From: an uncultured virus (IMG/VR IMGVR_UViG_650716090_000002) | Taxonomy: Duplodnaviria > Heunggongvirae > Uroviricota > Caudoviricetes | DNA: 64,000 nt | Strand: one strand, 5' to 3' | IMG/VR virus record: IMGVR_UViG_650716090_000002 | In this document: positions 58,833-64,000 of the stretch, piece after piece | How positions within the stretch are numbered: position 1 is the first letter of the stretch | Layout: every line of letters starts with the position of its first letter | Position numbers and translations under genes: made by a program | Notes under the pieces: generated by a model | What the model saw: the letters and a program-made list of their open reading frames with translations, nothing else | Told to the model about the DNA's origin: nothing | The model's database searches: none

Positions 58833-59307
58833 CAGAAATAGCCTCCTTGATTTTATTCATCAAGTTCGAAATCTTATCGTCTTGTCCTTCATCGCCACCA
58901 ACTTGTAATTTAAGTTTATCGATTTCAAGTTGCATTTTTTCTGCTTGTTTAGATGTTGGATAACGCTTGAGAATTTCAACTATCGCTTTAATAACTGTGT
59001 TATTATCAGGCTTTTTAAATATTCGATTAACTTCTCCAGTTATAGGGTTCATCATCAGGATTTCTTCTTCACGCTTACCTTTTGCGATGTCGGAAAGTAT
59101 CGATAAAGCTTCAGTAGCTGTTAAAATATTTTCAGACTGCATCTTCTCGACTTGATTTTCAATATATGATTTTATCCCTACATTTCCCAACAATTCTTTA
59201 GATCGTTTGTTTGCATAATTTTCACTATAACCAGCCTTGATTGCTGATTGGTAAGCATTCCCAGAAGCGATATACTCATCTGCGAATTGTCTTTGTCTTT
59301 CGTTTAT
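58819..59307 (-). CDS. terS: Terminase small subunit (likely ATA start)
   Basis: Same as 21238-21726. Confidence 0.85.
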   Translation of the reverse strand: MNERQRQFADEYIASGNAYQSAIKAGYSENYANKRSKELLGNVGIKSYIENQVEKMQSENILTATEALSILSDIAKGKREEEILMMNPITGEVNRIFKKPDNNTVIKAIVEILKRYPTSKQAEKMQLEIDKLKLQVGGDEGQDDKISNLMNKIKEAISDEPI

Positions 59308-59435
59308 TTTCTATCACTCCTTTCAATGCATAATAAAAAGCCACTCAATGAGTGACTAATTGCATATTAAGTTAGAGCGATATGCTATTCTCTAACCCCT
59401 TCGCGCTATGACCTCGTAAGGATTCATACGCTCTA

Positions 59436-59538
59436 TAGGAACAGTCGGATTCGAACCGACACTATCTCATATAGGAAGCTAGCCTATGAGCACGTATATC
59501 TATCCACGTATCAGTATTCCTCACTGATTTATATTCCT
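59436..59538 (-). ncRNA. Non-canonical tRNA-like cloverleaf RNA
   Basis: Acceptor AGGAATA/TGTTCCT; T-arm GTCGG-TTCGAAT-CCGAC. Confidence 0.7.
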
Positions 59539-59543
59539 AACCA

Positions 59544-59690
59544 CTTCCACCATCTTACACAATAGGCTAGTCATCCTATTTATGTGTGACAATGTATGAC
59601 ACTGAAAGCATAGTCAACTCCACTCGGCATTTGCCCGTCAGCGGTTTTACCAATCGTCATTGGAAGGAATATGACTATCAACCTCAGTAA
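59544..59690 (-). ncRNA. Pseudoknotted multibranch RNA
   Basis: Homolog of 22019-22165. Confidence 0.55.
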
Positions 59691-59749
59691 AAACCAACAC
59701 GTCAGTACGTAACTGCCTTTCGGAATGTTGGGTAGCTCTTTCGAGCAGA

Positions 59750-59790
59750 CAACCATTGCACGAATCGAACGTGCGTCGCCAGTATGGTTA
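59750..59790 (-). ncRNA. Anticodon-less mini-tRNA
   Basis: AACCAT...TGG...GCACG-TTCGATT-CGTGC-A-ATGGTT. Confidence 0.65.
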
Positions 59791-59826
59791 CAGCAAATAT
59801 CTAAAGCGGTCTGTTTTTAAGACCTA

Positions 59827-59874
59827 TTGAGATAGCAGGAATCGAACCTGCGATACTTCCAATGATTATCTCAA
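59827..59874 (-). ncRNA. Anticodon-less mini-tRNA
   Basis: TGAGATA-ATCATTGGAAGTATC-GCAGG-TTCGATT-CCTGC-TATCTCA-A: perfect 7+5 bp. Confidence 0.72.
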
Positions 59875-60024
59875 CTGGTTCCCGTTGGGGTACCGTTCCA
59901 ATTCAAAATAGTAAGTTCGATTTATTTATAAGTAATCGTCTAATCATATGTAGACCAGTTGTTAATTGTTATCTCTTCTTACTATTTCGATAATATAATA
60001 ATAACACGTATTATTATGCATAAA

Positions 60025-60474
60025 CTATTCATTTACTGTATAAAAACTAGCCTCTTTCTCCACAATTAGAGAACCCTCTCGATACAGTTCCGCAAAGGCT
60101 AATAAAGCTATTTCTAGCTCATCATAATACATGCTCTCAGATATACATAATTCTGCATAAATCATCTTATCAGATTTTTTATAATTACTTAGATACTTGT
60201 CGTATAAGATTTTTCTTCTTTCCGCTTCAAGTATATTGCTTACCGCTTGTTCAATTGCTTCAAGTTCGCTCTCTGCATCCACTCTAGTAATTGCCAATCT
60301 CTCAACTGGTTTACTAGGTGCGCCGTGAGCTTGTCTTGGCTCAAATGAATAAGTAGCTGTTATCTTTTGTTTGTCCACATCTTGAGCGATTCGTCTCCAA
60401 CGTGGATATTCTCTTAGTTTACGCTTTGCATTTGCTTTGGTTTTCTTTTCGTCAATCTCTGGAAAAAACATCAA
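60025..60474 (-). CDS. ArpU-family late transcriptional activator
   Basis: KTKANAKRKLREYPRWRRIA...ALLAFAELY. Confidence 0.88.
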   Translation of the reverse strand: MMFFPEIDEKKTKANAKRKLREYPRWRRIAQDVDKQKITATYSFEPRQAHGAPSKPVERLAITRVDAESELEAIEQAVSNILEAERRKILYDKYLSNYKKSDKMIYAELCISESMYYDELEIALLAFAELYREGSLIVEKEASFYTVNE

Positions 60475-60709
60475 TCAGCCCCCATTTATGGTATAATATA
60501 GTTACGAACATATACCAAGGCGCTCTTTCGTGGGGCGCTTTTTGTTGTCTTATCGGAGTAGCTATACCTCTTTTCTTTTTTATTTTCGGACAGGCACACG
60601 ATCCGCATTGAAATTCTCACGATGCCTTACTTAATTTCAGATAACCGATAATCTGATTTAGATTAGTATTTATGGCGTAAGGAGACCTCCATTTTTTAAT
60701 TTCGGTTAA

Positions 60710-60751
60710 TACCAACCGCAGGAATCGAACCTGCGTGATACCTTTGTTGGT
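60710..60751 (-). ncRNA. Anticodon-less mini-tRNA
   Basis: ACCAAC...CGCAGG-TTCGATT-CCTGCG-GTTGGT-A. Confidence 0.7.
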
Positions 60752-60927
60752 TATAATTCTTTAAGTGGCACAAATTTAAATTGTGGAAACTGTTCTGCTT
60801 CTTTACGTGTGATATGACGTGCTTTATTGATATTCATTGTCATGACTAAAAAACCAGCCCTACTTCTCCACAGAACGTAATAATTTTCATCTATTTTTGA
60901 CTGCAACACTCCTAATTCTTCGTTCAC
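60751..60927 (-). CDS. Hypothetical protein, MNEELGV family (58 aa)
   Basis: Manually translated; GTG start. Confidence 0.6.
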   Translation of the reverse strand: MNEELGVLQSKIDENYYVLWRSRAGFLVMTMNINKARHITRKEAEQFPQFKFVPLKEL

Positions 60928-61292
60928 TCCTCTACCTCTTTTACTTCGTAGTTAGGATTTTCAAACACTTCTTCAAATCCTATTCTTTTTAATTGTGTAC
61001 GTGTAAATTTATGACTAAATTGAGGTGCATAATCGTCAGTATCAGACCAAAAGCATTTGCCTGTTTCGCTGTCGTAATTAAGAACATTGACACATTCATC
61101 CAATCTTTTATCAACAACTATGTATCTTGTTTCATCAGCCATAAGTTCCAAATAAAGTTCAGGGATTTCAAATCTTGTTCCGTTTGGCAACTCTAGAACA
61201 AGTTTTGGATTAGACCAAGAAGAATCAAGAAAACTTCTCTCTTCTTCAATGACTCTTGCAGTTAGTTTAACTTCTTTTCCTAAATAGCTCAT
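60924..61292 (-). CDS. Hypothetical phage protein
   Basis: Coupled ORF. Confidence 0.6.
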   Translation of the reverse strand: MSYLGKEVKLTARVIEEERSFLDSSWSNPKLVLELPNGTRFEIPELYLELMADETRYIVVDKRLDECVNVLNYDSETGKCFWSDTDDYAPQFSHKFTRTQLKRIGFEEVFENPNYEVKEVEE

Positions 61293-61504
61293 CCCTCTAC
61301 CTCCTCAATCTCAAACCAATGTTTATTCCCACCGTAATCAATCCGTGTAACGTTTTTATCCTCTACTAAGTCAAATCCATAGGCACCAAATTTAAACTCG
61401 TTACGGCACACGTCGTGGAATCCTTGGATTGCTTGATCCTTAGTTTCAAAGCTACCTTTTAAAATGCGTTCTGCATCGTCACAGTAATATAAGTTGTATG
61501 TCAT
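61289..61504 (-). CDS. Hypothetical phage protein
   Basis: Coupled ORF. Confidence 0.6.
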   Translation of the reverse strand: MTYNLYYCDDAERILKGSFETKDQAIQGFHDVCRNEFKFGAYGFDLVEDKNVTRIDYGGNKHWFEIEEVEG

Positions 61505-61746
61505 AATTCCCTCACTGATACCCAAACATAATCTGGATACTTCTCCATTGATATTTCTTTACTGATTAAACAATCACGCTGATAATTATGATTATTCAAC
61601 AGAATTTCACTAGCAAGTGTTTTCGGCACCTCAATTGTAGGTGGTCCTACTTTCTGACCGTTTACATATTCTTTTAGGTTTTTAAACGTGTAATCAGTTT
61701 CTGTCTCACTTACTATAACCGCTCCTACCCAATCTGGTTCATTCAT
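61501..61746 (-). CDS. Hypothetical phage protein
   Basis: Homolog of 23269-23514. Confidence 0.7.
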   Translation of the reverse strand: MNEPDWVGAVIVSETETDYTFKNLKEYVNGQKVGPPTIEVPKTLASEILLNNHNYQRDCLISKEISMEKYPDYVWVSVREL

Positions 61747-61961
61747 CTTAACTCCTCCAATTCTTTAAGTGGAACAAATTTAAATTGTGGAAACTGTTCT
61801 GCTTCTTTGCGTGTGCAGTGGTAGGCGTATTCTAAACACTCTTCTTTTTCATCTGTTTCCAAAATCGTAAATTTTTCTCTTTTTGTAAGCGTAGTTAATA
61901 AAACATATCTAAACCAACTATTTTGTAACTCTAGCAATAACACTCCTAATTCTTCGTTCAT
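61743..61961 (-). CDS. Hypothetical protein, MNEELGV family
   Basis: Shared termini. Confidence 0.65.
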   Translation of the reverse strand: MNEELGVLLLELQNSWFRYVLLTTLTKREKFTILETDEKEECLEYAYHCTRKEAEQFPQFKFVPLKELEELR

Positions 61962-62145
61962 TCTTGTTTCTCCTCGAATTTTATTGTTGATATTTGATTT
62001 GAATTAAAAATTGTTTTTTCACCTTTTGAATGATTTATTTCAAAAATATAATTTCTGATAAAACAGTCACTAATATATTTTATAGATTCGTCATCAATAT
62101 TGTGGAATTCAAAAGTATCGTTATTAGTCATTCTTATTGTTGCTT

Positions 62146-62712
62146 TCATTCCGTCACCTCTTTCTTCCACTTCCACGCCCACTCGAAATCTTTGCGGATT
62201 TCTTGTTCTGTGAGTTGATATCGACTATTATTTTTCCAACAAGTATCGAATTCGTTGCACATCACAACGTCTCCAACGATAGACCTTGCAAGTACTGTAA
62301 TTGCAGGTGTGTTCGGATTCGGAATCTCCACAGTATACAACTTCTCTTTTTCGACTGTGTAGCCATAAAGCCATGCTTTTGCTATAATTTCTGTGTAATC
62401 ACTTTCTTGTTGCTTGATATATAAACTTAATTCAACATCGTCAAAAACGTTCTCTAAAGCATGAGATAATCTGCATCCCTGTTCCTTATATTTTTCTATC
62501 CAATCAGCCACAAATTTCGGCACTACTGGTTTTGGTTGGTCTAGTTCTGTTGTCACTCCTTCCCATTTTGGATTAACACTAATTGTCCTAGCCAATGTAT
62601 TTATTTTTAGAGTAGTTGTATTTTCTATGTCATGCATATTCTCAATATCTATTGCTTCGATATATCCGTAAAGTGAAACTTTTTGACCTATTTTTAAATT
62701 TTCAATCTTCAT
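62146..62712 (-). CDS. DUF1642-type protein
   Basis: Homolog of 23856-24428. Confidence 0.8.
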   Translation of the reverse strand: MKIENLKIGQKVSLYGYIEAIDIENMHDIENTTTLKINTLARTISVNPKWEGVTTELDQPKPVVPKFVADWIEKYKEQGCRLSHALENVFDDVELSLYIKQQESDYTEIIAKAWLYGYTVEKEKLYTVEIPNPNTPAITVLARSIVGDVVMCNEFDTCWKNNSRYQLTEQEIRKDFEWAWKWKKEVTE

Positions 62713-62715
62713 TTT

Positions 62716-63351
62716 CTACCTCCATTCAATATATGGGCTTTCAACATGCACTATTGCATCTCCAATCCACTTACGGACGTTAAACTCTTTTTCTGCTAAC
62801 TCATTTCGTGGCATTACGTTCAAATCACTAAATTTCATATAGTCATCTTTTGTGTTCTGAATAAAGTACACGTTTTTAATTTCTCTAGTCAGTGCATCAC
62901 CATGGACTACAATGCCATTCATCCCACGTATCAGCATGTTAAAAAGTAGAAAAGGTATAGCTCTGTCAGATAATTCTTCTACGTGATACCAATAGTCAGA
63001 CGGTTTATAAGTAAGCAGGCTGTCATTCTTCCTTTGCTCATGCCACGCTTGAATCATAATGCTTCCAGTCCCTGCTGCGACTTCAAAGTAACTGTTCCCA
63101 CCAACTATTTTTGAAAGCATCTTACTTAGCGCTTGTGGTGTAAAGTCCTGCTTCTTATTCTTTCTATCAGCTTGTTCTTCTTCAAAGTATTGCATAAACC
63201 ATTCATACGACATGTCCCATTCATGCTCTAAAAACTGTTTGAATAGTTCCTCGCGATCTGACTTGTTAAACAGTATCTCCATTAGCCTGTTTGGTGCTTT
63301 GAATACTTCATCAATGCCTAGTAGTTCGTGTATAATTTTAGTTGTTAACAT
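62716..63351 (-). CDS. N6-adenine DNA methyltransferase-like protein (short, SAM-binding part)
   Basis: QDFTP...FEVAAGTGS...VVHGDAL; no clear NPPY/DPPY catalytic motif. Confidence 0.8.
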   Translation of the reverse strand: MLTTKIIHELLGIDEVFKAPNRLMEILFNKSDREELFKQFLEHEWDMSYEWFMQYFEEEQADRKNKKQDFTPQALSKMLSKIVGGNSYFEVAAGTGSIMIQAWHEQRKNDSLLTYKPSDYWYHVEELSDRAIPFLLFNMLIRGMNGIVVHGDALTREIKNVYFIQNTKDDYMKFSDLNVMPRNELAEKEFNVRKWIGDAIVHVESPYIEWR

Positions 63352-63388
63352 TTATCCCCCATTTCTAGTAAGTTCATTTGCTACCTCT

Positions 63389-63811
63389 TTAAGCTTCTAC
63401 CACAGGGAAGTGAATGTTTCCAATAACTAGAGAACCAACGCTATAATAATATCCGTTATGTTCTGCTTCACACTCTGCTAATGCGATTGTATTTTGATTA
63501 TGATAAATGGTAACTTTGTTTATATGCCTTACACTCCAATCATCATCATCACTAACTTGTTCTCCAATTTCTACATCTGTTATTACAGCGTCAAGTTTTA
63601 CGTTTTCAAACTTGCCACCTGCATAAGCACAACAATCACTTTCTGATAATTCAATTGTTACTTCTGTGCCATCTTCTAAAGTTAAATGTTTTTCATCCCA
63701 TTCCACGATACGTTTGAATAAAAGAATTTCTTTTAATTCATCAATAGTGCCATATCGTGTATTTTTACCATCTGGCGCATAATAATCTGGTAATTCAATT
63801 GTGTATTCCAT
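63389..63811 (-). CDS. Hypothetical phage protein
   Basis: ORF with SDCCA and GYYYS motifs. Confidence 0.65.
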   Translation of the reverse strand: MEYTIELPDYYAPDGKNTRYGTIDELKEILLFKRIVEWDEKHLTLEDGTEVTIELSESDCCAYAGGKFENVKLDAVITDVEIGEQVSDDDDWSVRHINKVTIYHNQNTIALAECEAEHNGYYYSVGSLVIGNIHFPVVEA

Positions 63812-64000
63812 CTCTATCCCCCATTTCCAGTAAGCTCTGCAATCCTCGCAATTATATTTTCAACAGATGTTTCAGTATGAAAATATCCTTGACTTTCACA
63901 TTGTATCACTGTGTATTTCCCGCCATTTTTAATGTCGTTTTTCTTATAAATAGAAATAATCTTATCAACATTTATATACATTCCTTCTACTTCTAAAAAC

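Larger units (their letters stand above)
37581..64000 (-). mobile_element. Prophage 2, related siphovirus in tandem, running off the window end
   Basis: Second lysin-to-early-gene series in the same orientation, homologous but mosaic relative to prophage 1. Confidence 0.95.

Noticed and set aside
59895..59918. Resemblance to the tracrRNA anti-repeat (CCAATTCAAAATAGTAAGTT)
   Set aside because: On the non-transcribed strand, AT-rich, and spanning a module boundary; likely chance.

Overview
The window is entirely prophage DNA: two related Streptococcus-type temperate siphoviruses lying head-to-tail. Prophage 1 (about 1-37,580) is essentially complete. On the minus strand it runs lysin, tail, head, packaging, late regulator, accessory, recombination/replication and cro/antirepressor; cI, a TM2/Ltp gene and the tyrosine integrase are on the plus strand. 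An attP-like junction with arm repeats on both sides follows (37,495-37,712). Prophage 2 (from about 37,580 to beyond the window end) shares an apparently identical first ~5.1 kb and is mosaic thereafter. The most striking feature is the ~650-760 nt non-coding stretch between the late activator and terS in both phages. It looks like a modular array of small structured RNAs: one true tRNA-Trp, a non-canonical cloverleaf, ~41-48 nt anticodon-less mini-tRNAs (acceptor stem, T-arm, GG linker), a pseudoknotted multibranch RNA and phage-specific hairpin modules. A further mini-tRNA upstream of the activator shows three compensatory base-pair changes between the phages. Several genes carry 1-nt losses in A-runs that are probably sequencing errors. 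Product calls come from motif recognition and synteny, not database searches.
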